Counted from the first letter of the stretch, positions 37,726-48,373 are shown. The stretch is DNA of 64,000 nucleotides from Spirochaetales bacterium (GCA_037142615.1 JBAXAI010000016.1:24318-88317), one strand, 5' to 3'. The notes: a model not told the origin generated them from the sequence alone. Made by a program: numbers and translations.

Positions 37726-38322
37726 GTGGGCCGAGAAAAACCCGATTTTTATGCCCTGAAAGCTCAAAAAGAAGGCTACCCCGCCCGGTCGGTCTACAAG
37801 CTCGAAGAAATCCAGCAGAAGTTCAGCCTGATCAAGAAAGGAAACCGCATCCTGGATGTCGGTTCGAGCCCCGGCAGTTGGAGCCTCTACGCGCTGAAAC
37901 TGCTGGCCGGGACGGGATTTGTCGTGGGCGTCGACCTCACCGCGCCGGTGCAGACGCCACCGCCCAACGCCTTTTACTTTCAGGGCGACATTTTCGACGC
38001 CAAGACCGAGGCCAAGCTGACCGAATACGGCCCCTACGACGTGATGCTGAGCGATGCCGCCCCGCTGACGACCGGTAACCGCACCGTCGATACGGGCCGC
38101 AGCTACAACCTCTGCGAGCGGGTGATCTTGCTCACCGACACGCACCTCAAGCATCAGGGCAACCTGGTGATCAAGGTGTTTCAGGGGGGCGACGAAAAGG
38201 CCCTCAAAGAACTCATGCTCGAGCGTTTTGCGGCAGTGAAGGCTCTGCGCCCGAAGGCCGTCCGCAGCGAAAGTTTTGAGACCTACTTCATCGGAACAGG
38301 AAAACGCCATGCTCAAGCTTGA
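37726..38322 (+). CDS. rlmE: 23S rRNA Um2552 methyltransferase RlmE/FtsJ
   Basis: YPARSVYKLEEI, DVGSSPGSW, SDAAP, KVFQG and RSESFE motifs. Confidence 0.92.
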   Translation: MGREKPDFYALKAQKEGYPARSVYKLEEIQQKFSLIKKGNRILDVGSSPGSWSLYALKLLAGTGFVVGVDLTAPVQTPPPNAFYFQGDIFDAKTEAKLTEYGPYDVMLSDAAPLTTGNRTVDTGRSYNLCERVILLTDTHLKHQGNLVIKVFQGGDEKALKELMLERFAAVKALRPKAVRSESFETYFIGTGKRHAQA

Positions 38323-39397
38323 ACTCCGCCCACGGGCGCTGTTGTCCCTTTGGGGAGGTCTGTCCCTCCTGGGAGGTCTGACCCTCGTCGCCTGCTCAGC
38401 CCCTTCGGACACCACCCCCTGGAGCCGCAGCGCGCCCGTGTTCGGTGAGATCCCGTTCAACCTGACGCTGTACGGAACGGTCGACGAAACGCTGTTCGAC
38501 GGCGCGCTCGAAAAACTCACCACGCTCGACAAAGAACTGTCGATGTGGGATCGGCCCTACGTGACCGACGTGATGCGCTTGCACGACGCGGCGGGACTCA
38601 AGGCGGTGCAGGTTTCGGCCGACACGATGACCGTGATCCGGCGCGGACTCGAGGTGGCAAAAGACACCGGCGGAGCCCTCGACATCGCCATCGGCCCGCT
38701 GGTGAAGGCCTGGGGCATCGCCACCGACCATCCGCGCGAGCCGGCTGCCAGCGAAATCGCGGCCCTGCTGCCCATCAGCCATTGGCAAGACGTCGAAGTG
38801 GGCAACGAGCCCGCTGGAAAACCGGGCACCGTCAAGCTGGCCAAAGCCGGCATGGTGGTCGACCTCGGAGGCATCGCCAAGGGCTACGCGGCAGACCTGG
38901 TGGCGGCCTACCTGGTGGGCCGGGGAGTCAAGTCGGCCATCGTCGACATCGGTGGCAACATTTTGGTGCTGGGGAACAAGCCCGACGGCAAACAGTTCCG
39001 CATCGGCATCCAGGACCCGCTTTCCGACAACCGGGGAACCTACCTCGGCGTGGCCAGCATCACCAACCAGTCGCTGGTGACCAGCGGAACCTACGAGCGC
39101 CGGTTCACCGACCCCAAGACCGGCAAAACCTGGCACCACATCCTCGACCCAGTGACCGGCTACCCGGCCAACAACGAGCTCGACAGCGTGAGCATCATCG
39201 GCGACAAGAGCATCGACTGCGATGCGTACGCCAAGGTGTTCGTGATGGGCCTCAAAAAGGGCTGGGAATTTTTGAAGACCCACCCGGAACTCCAGGGCAT
39301 CTTCATCACCACCGACAAGCGGGTGTTTGTGACTCCCGGCCTGGCCAGTCACTTTTCGCTGACGAACAAAGACTACCAAATGGTGGACCAGCCATGA
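38309..39397 (+). CDS. apbE: FAD:protein FMN transferase lipoprotein
   Basis: Lipobox LVAC; DLGGIAKGYAAD, TSGTYER and HHILDP motifs. Confidence 0.92.
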   Translation: MLKLELRPRALLSLWGGLSLLGGLTLVACSAPSDTTPWSRSAPVFGEIPFNLTLYGTVDETLFDGALEKLTTLDKELSMWDRPYVTDVMRLHDAAGLKAVQVSADTMTVIRRGLEVAKDTGGALDIAIGPLVKAWGIATDHPREPAASEIAALLPISHWQDVEVGNEPAGKPGTVKLAKAGMVVDLGGIAKGYAADLVAAYLVGRGVKSAIVDIGGNILVLGNKPDGKQFRIGIQDPLSDNRGTYLGVASITNQSLVTSGTYERRFTDPKTGKTWHHILDPVTGYPANNELDSVSIIGDKSIDCDAYAKVFVMGLKKGWEFLKTHPELQGIFITTDKRVFVTPGLASHFSLTNKDYQMVDQP

Positions 39398-40485
39398 AGC
39401 GCACCCTGCTGGCTCTCTTCGTAACGCTCCTCGCCGTCTTGACCGTGGCGTCCGCAGGCCTGTCGGCCCAAGAACCGATGGTTCCCTCCGTTTTCGTTGT
39501 TACAGACCCCATGGCCGCCAGTCTGCGCCTCGACGACCAACCGCGGGCCGAAACGACCCCGGTGTTGTTGCGGGGCCTCAAACCGGGCAACCACAAGCTC
39601 GTGGTGTTCAAGGAAGGCTTTCAGGCGTCGCACCTCGAGTTCACCGTGACCGAGGGCAAGACGACCGTGGTTACCGTTCCCCTGGCACCCGATTCCATCG
39701 TCGCGGTGTTTCCGGCCAACCCCCAGTTCGAGGTGGCGGGGGCCAGTCGCGGTACGTCGGGGCTGCAGTTCCGGCTACCTGCAGGGCGCTACGACCTGGC
39801 CACGAGAGGAACTACCGTGGGGGCCCAACCCGTGTTCGGCGACGAGGCGCTGCTGACCCTGGCCCCGTGGTTGGGCGCCGGCCTGGCGACCGTTGCAGCC
39901 GGTTCCGCCGCCATTGACCTGTACCTGATGAGCCAAAACTCCGGCGGCGTCACGCCGTTCACGCCTGTCCTTTGGGTGTCGCTGGGTGTCGAACTGGCGT
40001 GGCACTGGGCCCTGGCCGACCGTCACGCCCGCTGGGAAAAAACCAAACTGCCGACCTTCGCTCCGGTGGCGCAGGAAGGGGCCGAAAAGGCCGAGTTTGC
40101 AGGGCCTCTGGCCGAGCGGGCCGCCCAATTGCTGGCCGACGGCGACCTGGCCGGTTCTGAGGTTCTGTGGTCAAGGCTGGTGCGGGATTATCCCGAGGCC
40201 GCCGAGGTGCCCGGGGCATGGTTCCGCCTGGCGCGCATCCACGCGCTCAAGGGCGAGCGAGCCCTGGCGAGCGGAGAATACCGGATGGTGGCCGAGACCC
40301 TGCAGGACCCCGAGTGGTTCGACCGCGCGCACAAGGCCCTGGCCGACTTCGCGCTGGCCGACGGCCAAACCGAGGAAGCGCTGTACCATTTGCACCAGAT
40401 GGCCTTTGCCGACGGGTACTTTGACCCGGCCGAGATTCAACTTCAAATCGAGGAACTGACCAAGGAGGCCGCCGGTGCGCACTAA
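39394..40485 (+). CDS. PEGA-domain/TPR membrane protein
   Basis: Signal peptide; PEGA-like TDPMAASLRLD...TP...PGNHKL; two transmembrane segments; helical repeats. Confidence 0.72.
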   Translation: MKRTLLALFVTLLAVLTVASAGLSAQEPMVPSVFVVTDPMAASLRLDDQPRAETTPVLLRGLKPGNHKLVVFKEGFQASHLEFTVTEGKTTVVTVPLAPDSIVAVFPANPQFEVAGASRGTSGLQFRLPAGRYDLATRGTTVGAQPVFGDEALLTLAPWLGAGLATVAAGSAAIDLYLMSQNSGGVTPFTPVLWVSLGVELAWHWALADRHARWEKTKLPTFAPVAQEGAEKAEFAGPLAERAAQLLADGDLAGSEVLWSRLVRDYPEAAEVPGAWFRLARIHALKGERALASGEYRMVAETLQDPEWFDRAHKALADFALADGQTEEALYHLHQMAFADGYFDPAEIQLQIEELTKEAAGAH

Positions 40486-41020
40486 GCTGCTTGCCTTGCT
40501 CCTGACCTTCAGCTGCGCGGCCAGCGGTTGGTCTCAGGATTTTGACACCAACACCTTGACGGTGCGGCAAGTGTGGGACAACGTCACGACCCTGTATGCG
40601 ACGGGCCACACGTTTACCCCCGACGAGTTCGGGCGACTCAAGGCGTTTCAGAAGTCCCTGCTCGACGCCGGTGAAACAGACCTGGCGGCCCGTCTGGACC
40701 TGCTCATGCTGGCCGCAGCCCGCGAGAATGCCGAAGCCGACGCAGACGCCCGGCTGGAGCGCGGTGGTCAGGCCTGGCTAACGGTTCAGGCTGCCGAAAA
40801 GCGCCACCAGGAGGCCATCGCTTGGGAAGCCGTGCGCAACATCGGGCTCGGAGGTTTTGCCCTTTCGACGGCCGGGACCTTGGCCGTTGCGGCCGTTTGG
40901 CAACGTAGCCCGTCGCTCCCTGCAGACACGGTGACGGCCCTGAAGTGGACCTTCTGGAGTTCGTTTGCCACGCTGGTGATGACTTTGGTACCGCTGGTAA
41001 CCGGCGAAATCAACCGCTGA
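40475..41020 (+). CDS. hypothetical membrane protein
   Basis: Signal peptide and two C-terminal transmembrane segments; AAGGAGG RBS. Confidence 0.6.
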   Translation: MRTKLLALLLTFSCAASGWSQDFDTNTLTVRQVWDNVTTLYATGHTFTPDEFGRLKAFQKSLLDAGETDLAARLDLLMLAAARENAEADADARLERGGQAWLTVQAAEKRHQEAIAWEAVRNIGLGGFALSTAGTLAVAAVWQRSPSLPADTVTALKWTFWSSFATLVMTLVPLVTGEINR

Positions 41021-41882
41021 CGAGAGGGGGCACGGCCGGTCGGTTGGGCTTTTTCTGGAAGTAGACGCCGCGGAGGTGCCTCTTGGCCTCCAGCTCGGCC
41101 GAAAAACCCGGCAGCACTTCGGTCGATCCCAAGAGGAGCGCACCCTCGGGGGCAAGAACCCGGATCAGGTTGCGAAAGAGCAAGTTCTTGTCGGTTTCCG
41201 AGAAGTAGATGGCGACGTTCCGGCAAAAGATGAGGTCGAACGCCGGGGTGGTGGCAAACGGCTCCAAAAGGTTGGCCTTGCGGAAGGTGGCGAACGCCCG
41301 CAGTTCGTCGCGGACTTTCCAGCGGTCGCCTGCGGCCTCGAAATGAAGTTGCGTCCTCGCCTCGCTGAGACCCCGCATCAGTTCTGCTTTGTGATAAAAG
41401 CCGTAGCTGGCGGCCGCGACGGCCTGATCGGAAATATCGACGCCCAGAATGCGCACGTCGTAGGCGGTCAAGTCGCCCAGTAATTCCTTGAGCGTGATGG
41501 CGATGCTGTAGGCTTCTTGCCCGGTTGAACAGGCAGCACTCAAGATCCGGATGGGGATGGGACGGATCCCCAAGCGACTGCGACGGTCGATCAGCTCGGG
41601 GATCAGCTTGTGCTGCAGCAGTTCAAAGGGTGTGCTGTCGCGGAAGAACGAGGTTTCGTTGGTGGTGATGGCGTCGATCACCTGCGAGCGCAGGCGGGGG
41701 TCGGTCGACGAGCGGACGCGAGTCAGGAGCTCTGCCCAGCTGGCCGAGCCGGTCTCTTTGAGCAAGGCCGCCAGACGGGTCTCAACCAAGTAACCCTTTG
41801 TGCTGTCGAGCGTAATGCCGCAAAGTTCGCGGACATAACGCCCCCAGGCCAGCAGCTCATCGGGAGTCAGAGGAGTGCTCAT
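41010..41882 (-). CDS. cheR: chemotaxis methyltransferase
   Basis: TTNETSFFRD, SAACSTGQEAYS and IFCRNVAIYF motifs. Confidence 0.93.
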   Translation of the reverse strand: MSTPLTPDELLAWGRYVRELCGITLDSTKGYLVETRLAALLKETGSASWAELLTRVRSSTDPRLRSQVIDAITTNETSFFRDSTPFELLQHKLIPELIDRRSRLGIRPIPIRILSAACSTGQEAYSIAITLKELLGDLTAYDVRILGVDISDQAVAAASYGFYHKAELMRGLSEARTQLHFEAAGDRWKVRDELRAFATFRKANLLEPFATTPAFDLIFCRNVAIYFSETDKNLLFRNLIRVLAPEGALLLGSTEVLPGFSAELEAKRHLRGVYFQKKPNRPAVPPLVSG

Positions 41883-42961
41883 TGCCCGTTACCCGTCACG
41901 AAGCTACGGATCGCTGAGGCCAACTCGGGAAGCGGCAGAACGCGGTCGACCAGCCCTGCCCGCACCACCGAGCCGGGCATCCCCCAAACGATGGAACTTG
42001 CTTCGTCCTGAGCCAATGCGTAGCACCCGGCCTGGCGGAGTGCGCGCAGACCTTCGGTCCCGTCGGAACCCATTCCTGTCATCACAACAGCGACCGAAGT
42101 GCCGGAAAACCCTTCGGCAGCCGACCGGAACAACTGGTTGACGGCAGGGCGACAGTTGTGTTCGGGGGGCTCGTCGTTGAGCTCCAGCCTTACTGTTGCA
42201 CCTCGACCGGGCATCAGCCGCAAGTGGCGGCCTCCGGCGGCGATGTAAAAGCGGTCGGGCTGTGCGGTTTCTCCATGCTCGGCTTCGCGGACGTCGAGAC
42301 CCGATTGCCGGGTCAAGTTTTCGGCCAGGCTGCGGGTGAACAGGGGAGGCATGTGCTGGACGATGACCACGGGAACCCCCAGGGGAGGGCCCCAGCCCGT
42401 AAGGAGGGTGGCCAAGGCTCCGGGTCCGCCCGTGCTGATTCCGATCAGGACCAAGTTGACGGCCCGCTGAGGACCAGGAACTGTCGCCGTTGGCGCAGAC
42501 GGTCTTGGACGGGGGGGCGGGGGCTCGCTCGGGCTGGCCCCCTGCAACAGGGAGCGGACCCCCAGCCGGTACCCCAGAGCCCGAAGCTTGGGAGCCAGCT
42601 CGGCCCTCAACTGCTTGAGGGAGGCCTCAGTGCCGGCTCCTTCCGGTTTGGTGATAAAGTCAAAAGCGCCGTTTTGCAGGGCCAACACGGTCTGCTGGCC
42701 CCCGATTACCGAAAGGGAGCTGACCACCAACACCGCCGGTCGCCGGATTTCGCTGCGCAGGGCCTCCAGAACCTCGAGGCCCCCCATGTGGGGCATTTCG
42801 AGGTCCAGGGTCACCAGATCCGGCGAAAGTTCGCGGATCTTTTCAAGGGTCTGCTGGCCGCTGATCGCCTGCCCGACCACCTCGACCCCGGGGAGGGACC
42901 CCAGCACGAGGCCCAGAGATCGGCGAAAGAGCAGAGAGTCGTCAGCGATCAGTACCCGCAC
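41879..42961 (-). CDS. cheB: chemotaxis methylesterase (REC-CheB)
   Basis: REC domain plus GISTGGP, VQHMP, TGMGSDG and WGMP. Confidence 0.94.
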   Translation of the reverse strand: MRVLIADDSLLFRRSLGLVLGSLPGVEVVGQAISGQQTLEKIRELSPDLVTLDLEMPHMGGLEVLEALRSEIRRPAVLVVSSLSVIGGQQTVLALQNGAFDFITKPEGAGTEASLKQLRAELAPKLRALGYRLGVRSLLQGASPSEPPPPRPRPSAPTATVPGPQRAVNLVLIGISTGGPGALATLLTGWGPPLGVPVVIVQHMPPLFTRSLAENLTRQSGLDVREAEHGETAQPDRFYIAAGGRHLRLMPGRGATVRLELNDEPPEHNCRPAVNQLFRSAAEGFSGTSVAVVMTGMGSDGTEGLRALRQAGCYALAQDEASSIVWGMPGSVVRAGLVDRVLPLPELASAIRSFVTGNGQ

Positions 42962-42963
42962 GG

Positions 42964-43413
42964 TCAGAGACCCCCTACTTCGTCCTCAAACAGCGTACGG
43001 ACGTCCAAGTAGGCCGTTAGCCGTTCGCCTTGACGCCAAACTCCCTTCACCTTACCACGAAGCGCGGCAGAAAGGTTTCCGGGAGGAGGCTCGAGCGTGG
43101 CAAGGTCCACGTCGAACGTGTCGGTGACCGAATCGACCAACAGACCCGTCAGGTCACCCTGCCCGTCCAGGATCATCAGCCGGGTCCGAGGGCCGTGATT
43201 GACCACGCCCAGTTGCAGGTGTACCGCCAGGTCGATGACCGTGACGATGCGACCTCGCAGGTTGCGGATTCCCACCACGCCGGGGGGCGCCCCGTGGACG
43301 GGCGTAATTTCGCCCGGTTTGACCACCTCTTGTACCAGGTGGGCCTCGAGGCCAAAGTCGCCAGCCCCCAGGCAGAAGCCGGCCAAGAGCCGAAGTTCAG
43401 CTATTTCACTCAT
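42964..43413 (-). CDS. cheW: chemotaxis coupling protein
   Basis: GIRNLRGRIVTVIDL and GLLVDSV motifs. Confidence 0.92.
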   Translation of the reverse strand: MSEIAELRLLAGFCLGAGDFGLEAHLVQEVVKPGEITPVHGAPPGVVGIRNLRGRIVTVIDLAVHLQLGVVNHGPRTRLMILDGQGDLTGLLVDSVTDTFDVDLATLEPPPGNLSAALRGKVKGVWRQGERLTAYLDVRTLFEDEVGGL

Positions 43414-46400
43414 GCGACGACCTCCTGAGCTCTTCCGTCCAGCCTGGCCAGCACGCTGGCGAGCAGGCGGTCCCGGTCGAGCTTCACCTGATACTCACTG
43501 ATCCCGGCCGCGTAACCCCGCGCGGCGTCTTCTTCACCGGCCAGCGAGGTCACGGCAATGATAGGCAGTTTTGCGGTTTTGGGGTTGGCGCGGATGCGGG
43601 CCGCCAGACCCAGGCCGTCGAGTAGCGGCATTTCGATGTCGGTGACGACCAGGCGTACACGGTCGACATTCTGCTCCAACAGCTCCCAAGCCTTTTGGCC
43701 GTCGGGTGCCGCCAGAACTTCGCAACCGCCGTGTTCGAGGTACTTCTTCACCTGGGCCCGGAAGAACTCGGAGTCTTCGGCCAACAGGAGCACCGGCTTG
43801 TCGGGCACAACTCCCGCAGTCGGTGCAGCCTTGACTAGAACGCTCGAGCTCCAGTCCGGGTACATGCCGTCGACGAGTTCAAACAGATCGACGATCAGCG
43901 TCGTCTTGTCGCGCAGGATGGTCGAGCCGGTAATGCCCTTTCGCCTCAGCGTGGCCCGGTCGATCACGACCGAAGTTTCGACCGAGTCGACGGGGAGCGA
44001 GCAAAGCAAGCCGACATCGCGCCCGCCGACCTGCGATACCAGAACCGCGAGATCCTCGACCCCGTCGAGCGAGTCGAGCTGGGCAGCCCGTGACAGCGAA
44101 ACCAGTGGCAGCAACCGGCCACGATAGTGCAATGTCAAATTGGAACCCAGAGACTCGACCTGTTCGGGTTTGACGCGCTCGATGCGCTGAATCAGGTCGA
44201 GCGGCATGGCGCAGGTTTCATGGGGTCCATTCTGGAACACCAGCAGCGACTGAGTTTCTTCGAGGCGACGGGACTCGGAGGCGGCCGCGAGTTCGGCGGC
44301 CCGCTTGGAGCCCGAGACGGGCGTCAGGCCAGCCTTGACCGCCAGACCGGCGGAATCCAGAATCAGCGCAACCGTGCCGTCTCCAAGAATGGTCGCCCCC
44401 GAATACTCACGCAGATGGTGCAGTCGGCGGCCGAGAGGCTTGACGACGACCTCTTCCGTGTCGTGAAAACTCCCCACGACAAGCGCGTACGACAGGCTTC
44501 CCGTGGATAGAATGGCGATGTCGAGGGCCGAACCCTCCGCCTGGCGTCGGTCTGCCGCCGAACGCGGGGCCACAGCCGGCGGTTCGTGGCCGAGGGTTCG
44601 TCGACCTGGGGAACGCTGGTCAAAACCGAGTTTGCGCCGGTCAATTTCCTGCAGGCCCGTGCTCGGGTCGTGGTAGGTGGGCAGTACACCCAAGAGGTCG
44701 GCCAGCCGGGCTACGGGCAGCACTTTGTCGCGCAGCAGCAAAACTTCGGTGCCGCCGACGACTTCGATCCGCGTCTTTACGTCTTCGGCCCGCAGACGAA
44801 GCAGCTCTTCAATGTTGGCCTGAGGCACGGCGAACCGTTCGTTTTCGACCGACAGAATCAGCGAGGGGATGATGGCCAGCGTAAGCGGGAGCTTGATACG
44901 GAAGGTAGACCCTCGCCCCACCACCGAGTCGATGTCCACCTGCCCGCCGAGCCGGCTCAGGTTGGTCTTGACGACGTCCATGCCCACGCCCCGGCCCGAA
45001 ATGTCCGACACTTTGTCGGCCGTCGATAGGCCCGGAAGGAAGATCAGCGCCTGCTTTTCGGCGTCGCTCATCAGAGCAACCTTGGCACGGTCGGCCAGGC
45101 CCTTCTTGATGGCCGACTGGGCAATCCGCTCGGGGTCGAGACCCTTGCCGTCGTCCGAAATCTCGAGGACCACGAGGCCGGCTTCGTGCCGCGCTTCGAT
45201 GCGAATCAAGCCCGTAGCGGGTTTCCCCTGGCGGGCCCGTTCGTCGGGCATCTCGAGCCCGTGGTCGACAGCGTTGCGTACCATGTGCGTCAGTGGGTCC
45301 GAAAGGCCCTCGATCATGGTGCGGTCGAGGGCGACGTCTTTGCCCTCGATTTCGAGGCGGACCTCTTTTCCCAGGGTTCTCGAAAGGTCACGCACGAGGC
45401 GGGGAAACTTCGAAAACACCACCCCGACCGGCTGCAAACGGGTCTGCATGATGACGTCCTGGAACTCCCCGGTGACCTGGTTCACGCGCTGGTTGACCGA
45501 TTCGAGCAGATCGTCGTCGCCGCGGTCGACGGCGGCCTTGAGCTGGTTGCGGCTGAGCACGAGCTCGCCCGCGAGGTTCATAAGGGTTTCGAGCAGGCGC
45601 ACGTTCACGCGAAGGGTGTCGCCGCCTTCCTCCTCGCGGGCCTGCGCCTTCGATGGCGCAGGGGCCGCATCGGGAGCCACCGCGACCGGGGTAACCGCGA
45701 CCGGGGCCGCGGTTGGCGCCACTGGCACGGTTGCCGCCGTGGCCGGTTGGGCTTCCAACAAGCGATGAAGAACTGGCTCGGCACCGGGAAACAGGCCCTT
45801 CAGCCCGTCGACACTCAGCGCGGTGGCCAGCACCAACGTCACAGGCAGTTCGCGGCCGATTTCGTCGTCGAGCGTGCCGCAGGCAAAGTAGTCGACCTCG
45901 CAGTCGAGCAGTTCGCCGTCCTGGGAAACCGCTGAGAACACGTCGACCACGGTTCGACCCAGGCGGTCTACATCGTGCACCAGGTCGAGGATGACCCGGA
46001 AAAGGGTCAGCGACGTTCGCTTTGCCCGTTCGAGGTCGGCGCGGGTCACGGCCACCGAGCCGAAGCCGCCTTCCGGCGAAAGCATCACCGGCTCTTCCGG
46101 GTTCGGTGCCGTCGGCTCGCGGGTGCCGTTGGCCAATTGGTCCAACCCCAGGAGCAGGGCCTCAATGTCCGCGTCGGCCTGACCCTTGGGGCGATGCAGC
46201 ATGGCGGCGAGTTCGTCAAAGGCCTGCAACAGCAGACCGATGATGGCGGAATCCGAAATCAGCTTCCCGGCCCGCATGAGGTCGAGCACCGTTTCGACCC
46301 GGTGGGCCACTTCCTTCACCTGAGTCAGGCCAAAGAAGCCCGAGCCACCCTTGATCGAATGCGCCGCACGGAACACCTTGTTCACCACCTCTTCGGACCC

Positions 46401-46505
46401 CTGAGCCCCCGAGGCTTCGATCTCGAGAAGGTCAGCTTCGATGGTCGTCAGATGTTCCTGGCACTCTTGGAGGAAAACATCGAGAAGTTCGTCGTTGTCA
46501 TCCAC
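43410..46505 (-). CDS. cheA: hybrid chemotaxis kinase CheA (Hpt-P2-dimer-HATPase-CheW-CheW-REC)
   Basis: FRAAHSIKG, HMVRNAVDHG, SGRGVGMD, two CheW-like domains and a C-terminal REC (TDIEMP). Confidence 0.94.
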   Translation of the reverse strand: MDDNDELLDVFLQECQEHLTTIEADLLEIEASGAQGSEEVVNKVFRAAHSIKGGSGFFGLTQVKEVAHRVETVLDLMRAGKLISDSAIIGLLLQAFDELAAMLHRPKGQADADIEALLLGLDQLANGTREPTAPNPEEPVMLSPEGGFGSVAVTRADLERAKRTSLTLFRVILDLVHDVDRLGRTVVDVFSAVSQDGELLDCEVDYFACGTLDDEIGRELPVTLVLATALSVDGLKGLFPGAEPVLHRLLEAQPATAATVPVAPTAAPVAVTPVAVAPDAAPAPSKAQAREEEGGDTLRVNVRLLETLMNLAGELVLSRNQLKAAVDRGDDDLLESVNQRVNQVTGEFQDVIMQTRLQPVGVVFSKFPRLVRDLSRTLGKEVRLEIEGKDVALDRTMIEGLSDPLTHMVRNAVDHGLEMPDERARQGKPATGLIRIEARHEAGLVVLEISDDGKGLDPERIAQSAIKKGLADRAKVALMSDAEKQALIFLPGLSTADKVSDISGRGVGMDVVKTNLSRLGGQVDIDSVVGRGSTFRIKLPLTLAIIPSLILSVENERFAVPQANIEELLRLRAEDVKTRIEVVGGTEVLLLRDKVLPVARLADLLGVLPTYHDPSTGLQEIDRRKLGFDQRSPGRRTLGHEPPAVAPRSAADRRQAEGSALDIAILSTGSLSYALVVGSFHDTEEVVVKPLGRRLHHLREYSGATILGDGTVALILDSAGLAVKAGLTPVSGSKRAAELAAASESRRLEETQSLLVFQNGPHETCAMPLDLIQRIERVKPEQVESLGSNLTLHYRGRLLPLVSLSRAAQLDSLDGVEDLAVLVSQVGGRDVGLLCSLPVDSVETSVVIDRATLRRKGITGSTILRDKTTLIVDLFELVDGMYPDWSSSVLVKAAPTAGVVPDKPVLLLAEDSEFFRAQVKKYLEHGGCEVLAAPDGQKAWELLEQNVDRVRLVVTDIEMPLLDGLGLAARIRANPKTAKLPIIAVTSLAGEEDAARGYAAGISEYQVKLDRDRLLASVLARLDGRAQEVVA

Positions 46506-46824
46506 GGTGGGCTCCTGCGGCCGTCACGTTCAGGCGTTCGGCCAGGCGCATGGCTTCGAGCAGACGCCGCAGGGAGTCGTTCACCTCGACCACGCGCAGG
46601 GTTCCGGCCACCATTCGGACGCTATTGCTGGTGGCGACGAGCAGGCCGATCCCGTTGGAATCCAGCGAGGTGGTCGCCGAAAGGTCAAAAACGACCTGGG
46701 CGGCCCCAGCGGCCAGTTGCTCCCGCAGCGCCTGTTGCACCTCTGGCACTTCCATGGCGGTCAGGCGCGGTCCCAGAGTCACTGTCACCAGATTGTCTTT
46801 TCGCTGCACTTCACAGGCGTTCAT
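46498..46824 (-). CDS. STAS-domain anti-sigma factor antagonist
   Basis: FDLSATTSLDSNGIGLLV with the phosphorylatable Ser; ATG 46824. Confidence 0.85.
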   Translation of the reverse strand: MNACEVQRKDNLVTVTLGPRLTAMEVPEVQQALREQLAAGAAQVVFDLSATTSLDSNGIGLLVATSNSVRMVAGTLRVVEVNDSLRRLLEAMRLAERLNVTAAGAHRG

Positions 46825-47246
46825 TTGTCGTCTCCTCGTGTTGGGGCCCATTTGACCCAAAGTGTCACGCTGTTTCCGCGCTGGTTGTAGCCCACGCGGC
46901 GCGCGTATAGTTTTCCGATCACAAGCCCCCGACCGGTCGTATCTTCGGCAGAAGGCACGGCAGACTGGAGTCGCCTCCAGTCAAACCCGCGTCCGGGGTC
47001 AGTTACCCTCAGCACCATTCCCGACGGTCGCCCCCGGAGCGAAACCCTGATTCGCCGGCCGCCGGTTCCCCTGGCATGGAGGATGGCGTTGTTGAGAAAC
47101 TCACGCAGCAGCAACTCGACCGCAAAGGTTGCGTCGCCACCCCGTAGTTCGAGGGCCCGGGAAAACCGGCCCCAGACCGCATCCACCTGCCCCAACTCGG
47201 CCTTCACGCGCGCGCAGACGCCCCGGTGGCGACTCTGCCGGCTCAT
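46821..47246 (-). CDS. RsbW-like anti-sigma factor/serine kinase
   Basis: EFLNNAILH, VTDPGRGF, GRGL and GNSVTL motifs. Confidence 0.85.
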   Translation of the reverse strand: MSRQSRHRGVCARVKAELGQVDAVWGRFSRALELRGGDATFAVELLLREFLNNAILHARGTGGRRIRVSLRGRPSGMVLRVTDPGRGFDWRRLQSAVPSAEDTTGRGLVIGKLYARRVGYNQRGNSVTLWVKWAPTRGDDK

Positions 47247-48373
47247 ACTTGTATTCCCAACAGGACCACATCGTCGTGCCGAGCCCGGCGGGAGCTGAGC
47301 GCATCGACCACGGCTTTCACCGCCTCACCCAAGGGCAAATAGCGGTGCTGCTCCAACAAGCGTAGCAGGGCGGCCCTCCCTTCGTCCCGGCCCGAGGGAC
47401 CCTCGATCAGGCCATCAGTGTACAAAAAAACCCGGTCGCGTGGGCTGACCGTAAACTCCGTCACGGGATACACCGGGTCGGCAAAACCACCGATGATGTC
47501 TCCCGCCTGCTCCAAGTACCAGGGCCTCTCGTCTCCCCGCACCACGGCGACGGCAGGGTGGCCGGCATTGGCCACCAGCAAACGCCCGGCCGGCCGGTTG
47601 AGCCGAACCAGCACCGACGTAAAGTAAAGCGTCTCGGGCAAGAACTTCCGCAACGAACTGTTCAGGCGCGAAAAAATCTCGGCCGGCTGATGCAAAACGC
47701 TGGCGTATTCGGAAAGCAACGCCTTGAACGAAGCTGTCCACAACGCCGTCCCCAAATCGTGACCACTGGCATCGGCCACCACGTAGTCGGTCGTTTCGTG
47801 ACCCGAGGGAATCACATCATAAAAATCCCCACCCGCCGCCAGCACGGGCCGAAAACAGACGGCAAAGCCCGCGTCGGCCCGTTCGAGGGGCGAGGGCATC
47901 AGCGACTGCTGGGCGGCGGTCAGGCGGCCCAGGCGCTCTTCCACCAGGCTCGTTAGTCTGGTCGAGGCCTCGCGCAGCCTCAGGTGAGTCCGAACCCGGG
48001 CCAAGACTTCCGGACCAGCCACCGGCTTGGTCAAGAAGTCACTGGCACCGTTGTCAAACGCCTTGACCTTGGTTTCGACCGAACCGTCGCCCGAAAGGAG
48101 CAGGACAGGAATCGAAAGCTCCTCGTTGGCCTGGTTCAATTCAGCGCAAAGGTCCAGGCCATCCCCGTCGGGCAAATACCGGTCGAGCAGGATCAGGTTC
48201 ACCGGATGCGTCGCCAACACGCTGCGGGCTTCGGCCAGCGAGGGCGCCAAATGGGTGGAAAAGCCACCCCGCGTCAGCCACTCCCGGAGGAGGGCCGACG
48301 ACAGGGGGTCGTCGTCCACAATCAGCACCAGCGCAACCGAAACCTCAGGCATCAGGGGCGTCGCGGCACGCAT
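47243..48373 (-). CDS. receiver - SpoIIE/PP2C phosphatase (RsbU-like)
   Basis: REC domain plus GGDFYD, DASGH, YTDGL and HDDV; start MRAATP at 48373. Confidence 0.88.
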   Translation of the reverse strand: MRAATPLMPEVSVALVLIVDDDPLSSALLREWLTRGGFSTHLAPSLAEARSVLATHPVNLILLDRYLPDGDGLDLCAELNQANEELSIPVLLLSGDGSVETKVKAFDNGASDFLTKPVAGPEVLARVRTHLRLREASTRLTSLVEERLGRLTAAQQSLMPSPLERADAGFAVCFRPVLAAGGDFYDVIPSGHETTDYVVADASGHDLGTALWTASFKALLSEYASVLHQPAEIFSRLNSSLRKFLPETLYFTSVLVRLNRPAGRLLVANAGHPAVAVVRGDERPWYLEQAGDIIGGFADPVYPVTEFTVSPRDRVFLYTDGLIEGPSGRDEGRAALLRLLEQHRYLPLGEAVKAVVDALSSRRARHDDVVLLGIQV

